64,000 nucleotides of DNA, taken from Eledone cirrhosa (lineage: Eukaryota). The DNA lies in contig CAXHJY010001471.1 in the NCBI GenBank assembly GCA_964016885.1, forward strand, positions 1 through 64,000, read 5' to 3'. Position numbers and translations under genes: made by a program. The notes beneath the pieces are model-generated. The model was not told the DNA's origin, searched no databases, and saw nothing but the letters and a program-made list of their open reading frames with translations. Shown here in pieces: positions 1 through 14,742 of this stretch; position 1 is the stretch's first letter, and the number at the start of each line of letters is the position of its first letter.

Positions 1-1357
1 ACATCATCAAACAATAATATTTGTGTTTTCATCAGATAAAACAGGAGAACATGATATGAAGGCTAAAAAAACACTTGTTGATAGTGCAGTTTTAAATCAA
101 CATATGAAAAGTGGTTTTAGATTGATGTGTGATATTGGGAAAAATATTTTATTTAGAGAGGGGGGGAGAGAAAAGGATGAAAAGGGAAGGAGATGAGAGG
201 GAGAGATGGGTGATAGAGAGAAAGAGATAGTTTTTATAACAGAGAGGAGATATATTTTATATAGAGGGGTTGAAAACCGTTGGAAGATACTGTATAAATT
301 AAAAATTTTGAAAATTAACGAAGGGAGGATATGTGCGAGGAAAAAATATATTATATTTAGGGAGGGGTGGGGGTGGAAAGGATGAAAAAAAGGGGAGGAG
401 ATGAGAGTGAAGGTGGAAAGGGAGAGATGGGTGATAGAGAGAAAGAGATAGTTTTTATAACTGAGAAAAAGATATAATGTTTTAATATAGAGAGGTTGGG
501 AACCGTTGGAAGATAATGTATAAATTAAAGGAATTTGAAAATTAACGAAGGGAAATTATGTATGGAGATAGAGAGAAAAAAATAACGAAGGGAGATTATG
601 TATGGAGATAGAGAGAAAAAAATAATTGTGGGTGAATATTCAAAAGGAGAAATGTAGGAATCTTAAAATTAGCAAAGAGAATTTGCTAATTTTAAGATTC
701 CTACATTTCTCCTTTTGAATATTCACCCACAATTATTTTTTTCTCTCTATCTCCATACATAATCTCCCTTCGTTATTTTTTTCTCTCTATCTCCATACAT
801 AATTTCCCTTCGTTAATTTTCAAATTCCTTTAATTTATACATTATCTTCCAACGGTTCCCAACCTCTCTATATTAAAACATTATATCTTTTTCTCAGTTA
901 TAAAAACTATCTCTTTCTCTCTATCACCCATCTCTCCCTTTCCACCTTCACTCTCATCTCCTCCCCTTTTTTTCATCCTTTCCACCCCCACCCCTCCCTA
1001 AATATAATATATTTTTTCCTCGCACATATCCTCCCTTCGTTAATTTTCAAAATTTTTAATTTATACAGTATCTTCCAACGGTTTTCAACCCCTCTATATA
1101 AAATATATCTCCTCTCTGTTATAAAAACTATCTCTTTCTCTCTATCACCCATCTCTCCCTCTCATCTCCTTCCCTTTTCATCCTTTTCTCTCCCCCCCTC
1201 TCTAAATAAAATATTTTTCCCAATATCACACATCAATCTAAAACCACTTTTCATATGTTGATTTAAAACTGCACTATCAACAAGTGTTTTTTTAGCCTTC
1301 ATATCATGTTCTCCTGTTTTATCTGATGAAAACACAAATATTATTGTTTGATGATGT
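1..1357. repeat. Long palindrome (676-bp arms within the window, 5-nt loop GAGAA at 677-681); Penelope-like fold-back remnant
   Basis: Position i pairs with 1358-i wherever spot-checked (1 ACATCATCAA vs TTGATGATGT ending 1357). The right arm runs on to (TA)n at ~1420; the left arm is cut by the window edge. Confidence 0.9.
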
Positions 1358-1384
1358 TTGTTTTTGAAATGCGCATAATAAAAT
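1316..1384 (+). ncRNA. Minimal type I hammerhead ribozyme motif
   Basis: Stem I GTTTTAT/ATAAAAT; core CTGATGA 1323-1329; long G-U-rich stem II; GAAA 1366-1369; palindromic TGCGCA stem III loop; UA cleavage site at 1376-1377. Confidence 0.8.
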
Positions 1385-1420
1385 ATATTGAACTCCTTTA
1401 ACCATCTTTTGATCTTATAT

Positions 1421-1506
<86 letters not shown>

Positions 1507-1802
1507 GTATTAATTATACTATTTATGGTTATGTAAATACAAAAACCTTTTGCAGTTATATATACTTTTATACAAACCCTAAATAGTGGTAGGCCGTAAT
1601 ATATTACTACCTTATTACCAGTAAGTTAAGTAGCTCAATGTAAAAACATCAGATGATTGTATCTTTTAATATGAATGTAATCTCTAAGTGTGTGCTGCCA
1701 CTCTAAATGCTGTAATGAGTGTTGACCCACAATATTTGCATATGTATCTGTATGTTTCTTGGGTGAAAAGGAGGTCATATAAGTGTTCATTCATTAATAA
1801 AT

Positions 1803-1849
1803 TGCTCCGAAGAATCCAAACCTCGGTTTGGAGGAAACAGTTGTAAGCA
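1803..1849 (+). ncRNA. Hammerhead-like motif with variant core (CCGAAGA)
   Basis: Stem I TGCT/AGCA; stem II TCCAAAC-CTCG-GTTTGGA; GAA-ACAGTTGT-A (GUA site). Lies in a non-repetitive block (1505-1890) between (TA)n tracts. Confidence 0.6.
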
Positions 1850-1902
1850 TAAAAATGTTTTGAACAGTTCTTTGATTATTATATTTCATATACATATATA
1901 TA

Positions 1903-2024
1903 TATTTATTAAAATAACAGATTAAAGTTTAAGCAAAGAATCGCTGCTTTCACCCTTAACGGGATCTTCTGAAACTAACCTTATCGAGCCCTCTTTGGAT
2001 TTTAGTCTTCAAATTTATTATTAT

Positions 2025-2029
<5 letters not shown>
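1903..2029. mobile_element. Short inverted-junction repeat, same family as 54450-54790
   Basis: 1903-1979 is the reverse complement of ~54628-54705 and 1980-2029 matches ~54742-54791 directly. Flanked by (TA)n. Confidence 0.7.
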
Positions 2030-2103
<74 letters not shown>

Positions 2104-2286
2104 TGAACAACACAAAGTTTAATTACTCCATTACCAAAGGTTTCTGGATCACAGACGATAGTAAAATACGTATGTGTCGGTCGTCAGACAAAGGTGTTAC
2201 CTGTAGCTCTGTTCTATACATAGGACACTGTTTTTTCCTTTGCGTTTTCCTTCGGAATTATCTAACAAACACCCCCCCCCCCTCCC

Positions 2287-2332
<46 letters not shown>

Positions 2333-2347
2333 GATAGATATAGATAT

Positions 2348-2673
2348 GTTTCTTTATTAGCCACAGGGGCACAAAAGAAGGGGACAAATAGAAAGGGGGA
2401 AGTTTACATACAATAAAAACGTGTAAAATATTATCACAAATGCAATTTAAAAAATTAGTCGATTTTCCCCAATAGAGGGAGACAGTTTATATGGGTAACA
2501 CATACCCCCCGAAAAAATGTGCAACCCTCATCTCCAGGAGTACGAAGAGTTTGTACTCCTTTCCTCTCCTCCTCCTTTTCCTCAACCTACAGGCTGATAT
2601 AGAGAGAAGGCCCATTCACTCGGACCATTCTCGCCATTTTCACCCACCTTTCATAAAACTTGCTGGGGTACAG
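2348..2673 (-). mobile_element. 5'-truncated 3' fragment of Tx1-type family B
   Basis: Near-identical to 36157-36480. Follows TAGATAGATA; candidate TSD TAGATAT at 2341-2347 and 2674-2680. Confidence 0.9.
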
Positions 2674-2683
2674 TAGATATTAT

Positions 2684-2689
<6 letters not shown>

Positions 2690-2745
<56 letters not shown>

Positions 2746-2875
2746 CATATATGTCTATATATATATGTGTTTCTATGTGTGCATTAGCTTAACTGAGTGT
2801 GTGTATGAGTGTGTGCTTGTTTGCATGATTGCGTCTGCTTGTGTGTATGTGTGCGTGTTTGCATGTGTGCGTCTG

Positions 2876-2919
<44 letters not shown>

Positions 2920-3201
2920 CGTGCGTCTGCTTGTGTGTATGTGAGTGTGTTTGTATGCGTGCGTCTGCGTGTGTGTGTGTGTGTATGAATGTACGCGTGT
3001 GTTTGCTTGTGTGTATGTGTGTGTGTATGTGTGTATGTGTATGCGTGCGTCTGCTTGTGTGTATGTGTGCGTCTTTGCACGCGTGCGTCTCCCTGTGTGT
3101 GTGTATGCGTACGTCTACGTGTGTGTATGCGTGCGTGTTTGTACGCATACATCAGCTTGTGTGTATGTGTATGTGTGCGTGTGTATGCGTGCGTTTGCTT
3201 A

Positions 3202-3232
<31 letters not shown>

Positions 3233-3270
3233 ACGTGTGTGTGTGTGTGTGTGTATGTATATATGTGTGT
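2690..3270. repeat. Compound (TA)n/(TG)n microsatellite with GCGTCTGCTTGTGTGTAT higher-order units
   Basis: Read directly from the sequence. Confidence 0.9.
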
Positions 3271-3729
3271 AGCACATGTTCCACAACATTAGACAATATC
3301 TAGATGTCTAGTTACAAGTCAATATGACGCCACATGTACTTTTACACCACCACTTCTAATGTTTTTCATTTGAACTTCATTCGTCACTGCAATCGTCTTT
3401 TTGATCAACCTATTACGCTTTCCAATTTGACTCGCCGCAAGCAGTGAAAGTAATGAAGCGTTTACGGTGTTTAATGCATTGCTGCGTTCTTGTATACAGA
3501 GTGTAAGAGTTAGAAGATTATCCATGATTTTAATGAACAACATCAGAATGTATTATACTATTATATTTAAGTAAAAGAAAAAAAAATTAGGTATATTAAA
3601 AAACTAAAATGAGCTAGACCAGACGCCAAGATTGTGGCATGATTGTTAAAAAGTAGTTATTTATTTCTATGGCTAATTTATCTAGTATACCTGGTAAAGA
3701 CCAAATACTGTTAAAATTCGAAATATATA

Positions 3730-3904
<175 letters not shown>

Positions 3905-4257
3905 AGTCTTGTGCTTATCGACCTTACCGGATATAAACGTAAACGGACAGGTGTACAAGCACACACGTACACACAGATTGCATGAATTGATTAGAGAATT
4001 ATATATTCGCTATTACCAGAACAGTAGATCTTTGTGACAAGTCATGAAGTTCGACTAGGTTTAATGTTGTGATTCCTAATACCGACCATTTTCGTTGTTA
4101 TTGCGCCGAAATTATTGTTTGTTAAGGGCCGAAATTCTTGTTTGATAGGCTGGTTCTTCTCTGAAGACCTTCTGCTGTCCAACTCTTCTTAAAGTTTCTT
4201 ACCACTTATTATTTTGTTACGATTGCTTATTCAAACTATTTTCGTTGTTATTATTAC

Positions 4258-5017
4258 GGATTGGCAGTATCGGTAGAGGGTCGGACGCCATGTTTACAAC
4301 ATAGAGTTACGGTCCTTTACAGTCTGAGTTCAAATCCCGCCGAGGTTAACTTTGCCTTTCATCCTTACGGGGTCGATAAAATAAAGCACCAGTAACGTAC
4401 TGGGGTCGATTTAATCGATTTTCCCCTCCCCCAAAATTGCTGGCATTGTGCCTATATAAGAAACCATTATTACGGATTGGCAGTATCGGTAGAGGGTCGG
4501 ACGCCATGCTTGCAGCAAAAGAATTACGGCCCTTTGTGGTCTGAGTTCAAATCCCGTTGAGGTTAACTTTGCCTTTCATCTTTACGGGGTCGATAAAATA
4601 AGGTACCAGTAATACACTGGGATAATTGCTGGCCTTGTGCCAACGTGGAAACAATTATTACAGGAGTTGTTAGGGCGGTGGATTGGCAGTATCGGTAGCG
4701 AGTCGGACACCATGATTTGCAGTATAGAGTTATGGTCCTTTACGGTCTGAGTTCAAATCCCGCCGATGTTAACTTTACCTTTCATCCTTACGGGTTCGAT
4801 AAAATAAAGTACCAGTAACGTACTGGGATCAATTTAATCGACTTCCCCTCCCCCCAAATTACTGGCCTTGCGCCTATACTAGAAATCATTATGGGCAGTA
4901 TTGGTAGAGAGTCGGACGCCATGCTTTGCCTTTCATCCTAACGGGGTCTATAAAATAAAGTACCAGTAATGTAGTGGATAATTGCTGGCCTTGTGTCAAA
5001 AGTAGAAACAATTATTA
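4258..5017 (+). mobile_element. Four tandem tRNA-derived SINE copies (last one internally deleted)
   Basis: A-box-like TGGCAGTATCGG, B-box GAGTTCAAATCC, central GCCTTTCATCCTTACGGGGTCGATAAAATAAAGTACCAG and (ATT)n tails. Copies start at ~4258, 4474, 4673 and 4893. Confidence 0.9.
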
Positions 5018-5509
5018 CAGGTGTACTATTATTGGTGTTGTTGCTATTTTGTTGTGATTGCTTATACGAGCCTTTTCCTTGCTCTTGATACTGTTCCCTT
5101 TGTAGAGTTACTGGTTCTTCTTCCGATTGTTAATTCCACGGCGACGTTGCTATTGCTACTGTAGTCGTTCTGTTCTTGTATTGTGGCGATTGCGAATTTT
5201 CTTTGTTGTGGAGATTGTAATTCCGAAATTGTCCTTTCTGATATTGCTATTCATGTCACTGTTTTGTTACAGCGGTTACTGTTGTTACAGTTGTTGATGA
5301 AAACGGGAAAATAAGAGAGAAAACAAGCCATAGACGGGATGTAAAAGAAGGTGAGGTAGCAGAAGTGAAGTTGTTTCTAATGCGGCCTTGTTGAAAGACA
5401 ATGGAGGACAAAATAGTTTACACAAACCTCTCTCTTTTCCTTCTCTCTTTCTCTATTTCTCCCCTCTACCTAACTGTCGATCTATCAATCTTTTATCTAG
5501 TGACCTATA

Positions 5510-6960
<1,451 letters not shown>

Positions 6961-7314
6961 ATGCATACTGTTATTATTGAAGTTGTCGTTTTTGATGACT
7001 GCTTTTTTTTTTCTTTAGGTTTTGTGGTTTTGACTTTTTTTTATTCTATTTTTTTTAATATTTAATACTTTGTTTTGTTTTGTTTTATTTCATTTATTAT
7101 TCTTTTTTTTTCTTGTCTGTTGTTGTTTTTGTTTTTGACTGTATTCAATATAGTGACAATGCGTCGCGTTCTAGCTTAATCACTTGTGAAAAATAGAAGA
7201 AAATGAATTGAGCAGGAAAGAATTACTTCAATATTGAGACTACACAGCAAATAACATAAATTCGATTCCTTGCTTCAAAGGAAACACTGATGTCTATATT
7301 ATCTGGAAATTTCA

Positions 7315-7510
7315 CATCTCTCTCTCTCTCTCTCTCCCTCTCTATCTATCTATCTATCTATCTATCTCTCTCTCTCTCTCGCTCGCACTCTCTTCGTTCT
7401 CTCTCTCTCTCTCGCTCGTTCTCTCCTCATCTCCTCCTCTCTCTCTCTCTCTCTCCATCTCTCTCTCTCTCGCTCTCTCGCTCTCCCTCGCTCTTTCTCG
7501 CTCTCTCTCG

Positions 7511-7554
<44 letters not shown>

Positions 7555-7629
7555 ATACATATATATATATTTATATATATATATCTTTCTTCCTCATTCT
7601 CCATCCGTCTCTCTTTCTCTTGCATACAC

Positions 7630-7683
<54 letters not shown>

Positions 7684-7818
7684 CTTTTTTCGCTTTCTCG
7701 CTGTTGTCTGTTTAACTCTTTTATCTGTTTAGTGCAGATTTGTGTATGTACGTAGTAAACATTCATTTGAGTACATCATATGTGTGTATATATATATATT
7801 TGTGGGTGTGTATGTGTG

Positions 7819-7855
<37 letters not shown>

Positions 7856-7883
7856 GTATATATGTATACATATGTATATATGT

Positions 7884-7922
<39 letters not shown>

Positions 7923-8001
7923 TATATGTACATAAATAAATATATATATATATATATGCATATATATGTATATATATATATGTGTGTGTGTGTGTGTATA
8001 C

Positions 8002-8095
<94 letters not shown>

Positions 8096-8110
8096 GTATA
8101 TATGTATTAT
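7315..8110. repeat. (TC)n, (TG)n and (TA)n microsatellites
   Basis: Read directly from the sequence. Confidence 0.95.
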
Positions 8111-8229
8111 ACAGATTTATTATTTTATTATAGAAATTACTTTTACGGGACTAGAATTATTTCCAACCTCCTCTATAAAGGGATCTCCCCTGGAGCCACG
8201 ACAAAAGAGCCCACTCTGAACTATATGCT

Positions 8230-8520
8230 CATGAAGGTTTCACGACAAAAAACACCCAGTCCTCGCTGTAAAGTGGTCGTGTAAGCGACATGGCAAAAAT
8301 CACGCCAGTGATTGGTGTTAGGAAGGGCATTCAGTGATAGAAACCAAGCCAAAATCAGTTCTATGTGAGTGAATCAGGGTTCCACGACATGATCCCTCAC
8401 AAAAGGACAGCTCGTCCTACCAATGCTAACGTGGAAGATGGACATCAAATGATGATGATGAAGATGATGATGAAGTTGATGATGATGATGATGATGATGT
8501 TGATGATGATGATAATGATA
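8230..8520 (+). mobile_element. Decayed SINE/RTE-related 3' end with (GAT)n tail
   Basis: GGTGTTAGGAAGGGCATTCAG motif and TGGACATCAAAT(GAT)n tail resemble RTE-partnered SINE 3' ends. Confidence 0.45.
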
Positions 8521-8694
8521 AATATGTTAAGCTAAACAATATATTGTAATATTTCGGGTTGGCCATTTTGCGAATTTTGCCAATAAAAACACATGTACTA
8601 TTTGATTTTCACTGCATCTTTATTATTAGTTATTAATTAGTTCATCAAAGCTCTTTCATCACACATTCTGTGACCTTATCAAAGACATTTGTAG

Positions 8695-8905
8695 AAGGAG
8701 AAGGACTACTGTAGAGGGCGAGGACTGTAGAGGGAGAAGACCTACTGTAGAGGGGGAGGACTGTAGAGGGAGGAAGACTACTGTAAAGAAGAAGAAGAAG
8801 AAGAAGAAGAAGAAGAAGAAGAAGAAGAAGAAGAAGAAGAAGAAGAAGAAGAAGAAGAAGAAGAAGAAGAAGAAGAAGAAGAGGAGGAGGAGGAGAAGAA
8901 GAAAG
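8695..8905. repeat. Short minisatellite (GACTACTGTAGAGGG units) followed by a long (GAA)n
   Basis: Read directly from the sequence. Confidence 0.9.
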
Positions 8906-8927
8906 ATGAGGAGGGGAGGAGAAGGAG

Positions 8928-9303
8928 TGTTATGACCTATAGGAACTAACACTCTCCCATCCCCTCTGGCTTTCGGCTGACTGCCACAGTCGGGATGGGT
9001 AGCAGTAAACTGTGGTACGAGCCATTGTGTGGCTGAGAGGGTGACCTGACTAAGCGTGAAATCTGCGGTAGCTAATGGTCAACTTCCTTCGGACATGCGC
9101 ATGCGCAGACCAGTGGGGATTAATTGGTACTCACGGGGGAACGGGTGAGAAAGCCAAAAGCACGCATTTCATCCGTTCCCATGTCGATTCAATTTGGATT
9201 GCCTCGGAAACATAACCTTATTATGTAACAAGCTGTCTGATGATGTCACGACACTCGCACACAGAACAGTGTGGCCAGTATCGCCATTGAAATATATATC
9301 ACA
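8928..9303 (+). mobile_element. Possible LTR (TG...CA) preceded by a polypurine tract
   Basis: GAGGAGGGGAGGAGAAGGAG|TGTTAT ... ATCACA. No partner LTR in the window. Confidence 0.35.
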
Positions 9304-9323
9304 GCATTATTATTAAAGGACTT

Positions 9324-9517
9324 AGGCGGTGGATTGGCAGTATCGGTAGAGGGTCGGACGCCATGCTTTCCAGCATAGTTACGTCCCTTTACGATCCGAG
9401 TTCAAATCCCGCCGAGGTTAACTTTGCCTTTCATCCTTACGGGGTCGATAAAATAAAGTACCAGTAATGCACTGGGTAATTGCTGGCCTTGTGCCTAAAG
9501 TAGAAACAATTATTATT
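9324..9517 (+). mobile_element. Full-length tRNA-derived SINE with 18-bp TSD
   Basis: Same family as 4258-5017. ATTATTATTAAAGGACTT at 9306-9323 and 9509-9526. Confidence 0.92.
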
Positions 9518-9638
9518 AAAGGACTTGAACATCTGAAACTACTTCGCTTTTCCTTATTCGATATTTAGTCCGTCACTCCTATGTGGAAAAAGTACGTTGA
9601 ATTGTGCTTGAATTGAATTGCATCAATGTTTACCCTAA

Positions 9639-9677
<39 letters not shown>

Positions 9678-9830
9678 TGTAATATAATATAATATATATA
9701 TAAGCAAAGGGATATTTAATTTGTTGGTAATTCAACAAATATATATATTTATAACTGATTCAAAGCACTCGACATGTTTTCTGGAGTATAATATCAATGA
9801 AATGGAAACTATATTTATAAAACCCTATTT

Positions 9831-9889
9831 ATTCTATTATGTATATTTCAAGGGTACCAAAACTTTGGTACGCTCTCCTCAGATAAAAT
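9831..9889 (-). ncRNA. Minimal type I hammerhead motif (CTGAGGA core)
   Basis: Reverse strand: ATTTTAT CTGAGGA GAGC-GTACCAAA-GT-TTTGGTAC-CCTT GAAA TATACA TA ATAGAAT. Confidence 0.7.
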
Positions 9890-10027
9890 ACAAAGTTTGT
9901 TTTATAAATATTGACATATTCAGGAACGAGATCTTAACGGTTCAAGTTTTACTTGACTATCCGGGTAAAATTTGAACCGTTAAGATCTCGTTCCTGGATA
10001 TGTCAATATTTATAAAACAAACTTTGT

Positions 10028-10086
10028 ATTTTATCTGATGAGGGCGTACCAAAGTTTTCGTACCCTTGAAATATATATAATAGAAT
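10028..10086 (+). ncRNA. Minimal type I hammerhead motif
   Basis: ATTTTAT CTGATGA stem II GAAA TATATA TA ATAGAAT; stem I 7 bp with one G-U. Confidence 0.75.
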
Positions 10087-10129
10087 AAATAGGGTTTTAT
10101 AAATATAGTTTCCATTTATTAATATCATT

Positions 10130-10178
<49 letters not shown>

Positions 10179-10271
10179 CAATTATATTATATTACAATAT
10201 ATATATATATATATGCGCGTGTGTGTGTGTATATATGTATGTATATATATATTTATATATTTATATATATG

Positions 10272-10316
<45 letters not shown>

Positions 10317-10339
10317 TGATAATATGTAACCCAGTACAA

Positions 10340-10800
10340 CCTGTCACATGGTCGAGTCGTCGGCGACTAAACCGGCAACTCCGCCAAGTTTGCTTGGAGA
10401 GGAGGGTGATATTTGGACACGTCACGGGATGAAATACAAGACCAGGCAAAGGGCGGAAGAACTCAGAAAAGTCAATGGCCATCCAGATAGTACTTTTTTC
10501 TTACCTGGATGTGAAAGGCCCCTAGTTGTTATCACCACACCTTTCTAGGAGATGGAAACTCTGAAAAAAATCTGCGGCTTCAGAAGCATCCGATGATGTT
10601 CACCAGTTCTCCTTTTCGGCTAGTGTTTTCGATGCTCAGAGAGTGGGATTGGTCGCGTGCAAGGCATTTCTCCACTTAAAAAAAACTTCAAAGCACAGGC
10701 ATTGTTTGTTCAGGATATGTTAGAGGTTTGTGTGGTTGGCCGTAGCCTAAAAGTGCACCAAACTCTTATCTGACAACCGATTGCAGTACTCTTTGCAGAG
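10340..10800 (+). mobile_element. Diverged repeat related to 61210-61770 (RTE-like 5' region or SINE)
   Basis: Shared GGCGACTAAACCGGCAAC, GTCAATGGCCATCCA and CTAGGAGA..GAAACTCTGA motifs. Confidence 0.6.
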
Positions 10801-10829
10801 TATACATATATATATAGACATGCATTTAG

Positions 10830-10955
10830 TGAAGGCGTGTGGCTGAGTGGTTAGAGAATTGGATTCGCAAGCGTAAGGTTGTGAGTTCAATTCCTCGACC
10901 AGGCGATGCGTTATGTCCTTGAGCAAGACACTTTATTTCACGTTGCTCCTTCTAC
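10830..10955 (+). mobile_element. Second tRNA-derived SINE family (head and central domain)
   Basis: A-box TGGCTGAGTGG, B-box GAGTTCAATTCC, then GTCCTTGAGCAAGACACTT. Confidence 0.7.
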
Positions 10956-11419
10956 CTGGAGTTGCGACCGATAGATAGTATTAGCAATTGGAAAGACCAA
11001 CGGAAACATTGTTCCCTCGGTCCGATTTGACGAAAGTCGATCGTCTTCTATAGACATGCATATGCATACATATATTTATACATATATATGCACCTACATA
11101 TATATATGTATATACGCAGAAATACATGTTTTTAAGTACGTCTGCTTAAATGTATATATAAATGTGTGTGTGTGAGAGAGAGAAAAAGAGAGAGAGAGAG
11201 GGGGGAAGAGAGAGAGACTGAGTAAGTGTGTGTGTATTTGTGTGAATTATACAAAATAACTGTCAAGCTTAAACCATTTCTTGTACACTTGATACATATT
11301 GCATACATTAGTTTAAACTCTTGTGATCATGTGTGGGCGTATATTATTTTTTGTATAGATGATATAACTTATATATAACTATGTATACCTACTTGCGTGT
11401 GTACACATTCTTTTCTGAG

Positions 11420-11463
<44 letters not shown>

Positions 11464-11664
11464 TGTTTAAATGTGCTCATGCATCTACATATATTTCTGT
11501 TCTTACATATATATTTTGCATATTCGTGTATCAGTCCATGTGGTGTACATGTGTATATATGAGTATATAAGGTGAACGTGTGTACGTGTAATGTGTATAA
11601 GTTCGGGATAGGATACATATAGATATGAATCATATATATATATGTATATATATATATATATGTG

Positions 11665-11696
<32 letters not shown>

Positions 11697-11798
11697 AACT
11701 GAAGAAGTTCAGTATGAACCACCTTAGAGTATCTCCTGACCAAGATTGAACCCCAGACCAGAACCTCCACCATCTCTGTTATCTCCCACCAGACCACC

Positions 11799-11850
11799 AT
11801 GATGATTTCTCAAGAATGAAACAGCTCTAGTCCTGTAGAATCTCATCTCT
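11799..11850 (+). mobile_element. Truncated hammerhead-bearing repeat (family of 15692-15870 and 53655-53840)
   Basis: ATGATGATTTCTCAAGAATGAAACAGCTCTAGTCCTGTAGAATCTCATC followed by (TA)n. Confidence 0.75.
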
Positions 11851-11854
11851 CTCT

Positions 11855-13800
<1,946 letters not shown>

Positions 13801-13979
13801 TATATATATATATATATATATAGTCCAAAAATAGCCGTCGAAACGGCTTGAGCTCTGCCGTCGGGGTCATACCTTTCTCTATTTCCCACTCTACTACCCT
13901 AAGTATTGAGTACTCTGGTGCGTTATGGTCCATCTGGTTCCTTACCACATCTCCTTCGTTATATATATTTACATATTTA

Positions 13980-14497
13980 TATATATATATATATGGTGTG
14001 TGTGTGTATGTGTGTGTGTGTGTGTGTGTGTATGTGTGTGTGTTGTATGTGTGTGTGTGTTGTCTGTGTGTGTGTTGAGTGTGTGTGTGTTGTATGTGTG
14101 TGTTGTATGTGTGTGTTTGTGTCTGTGTGTGTTGTATGTGTGTGTTTGAGTGTGTGTGTGTGTTGTAGGTGTGTGTTTGAGTGTGTGTGTTGTATGTGTG
14201 TGTGTGTGTGTGTGTGTGTTTTATGTGTGTGTTTGTGTGTGTGTGTGTTGTATGTGTTGTATGTGTGTGTGTGTTATATGTGTGTGTTTCAGTGTGTGTG
14301 TTGTATGTGTATGTTTGAGGATGTGTGTGTGTGTGTGTGTTGTATATGTGTATTTGTGTGTGTTGTATATGTGTATTTGTGTGTGTGAATAGTGTAGTTT
14401 TATACATGCTAGTATCAATATAATAAACATCATGTCAAGCTGTTTAAATTATATGGAAAGGACATGTTTTTCATAATATTCATTCATTCATACATCA

Positions 14498-14528
<31 letters not shown>

Positions 14529-14704
14529 TACACACACACACACACTCACATATACTCACACACACACATATTCACACACACACACACACTCACACACACA
14601 CATACTCACACACATACACACTCACACACACACATACTCACACACACATGTACATACTCTCACACACACACTCACACACACGCACACAAACACAGACACA
14701 CACT

Positions 14705-14740
<36 letters not shown>
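13980..14740. repeat. Degenerate (TG)n with TTGTATG units, then a (CA)n field
   Basis: Read directly from the sequence. Confidence 0.9.

Positions 14741-14742
<2 letters not shown>

Larger units (their letters stand above)
9700..10132. mobile_element. Asymmetric fold-back element with a hammerhead in each arm, in (TA)n
   Basis: Arms ~9790-9955 and 9962-10130; extra tail 9700-9790 on the left arm only. Homologous to 53960-54430. Confidence 0.85.

Noticed and set aside
4258-5017. CRISPR-like repeat-spacer array (also 19302-19870, 25598-26168, 30350-30785)
   Set aside because: Units are ~200-bp SINEs or degenerate minisatellite with no unique spacers, and the context is eukaryotic.
9236-9262. 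Hammerhead at CTGATGATGTCACGACA
   Set aside because: No GAAA, stem III or stem I follows.
11699-11722. Hammerhead at CTGAAGAAGTTCAGTATGAAC
   Set aside because: Core and a stem are present, but no downstream GAAA or cleavage site.
13828-13855. Hairpin AGCCGT-CGAA-ACGGCT as a ribozyme or terminator
   Set aside because: Flanking core nucleotides do not match; insufficient evidence.
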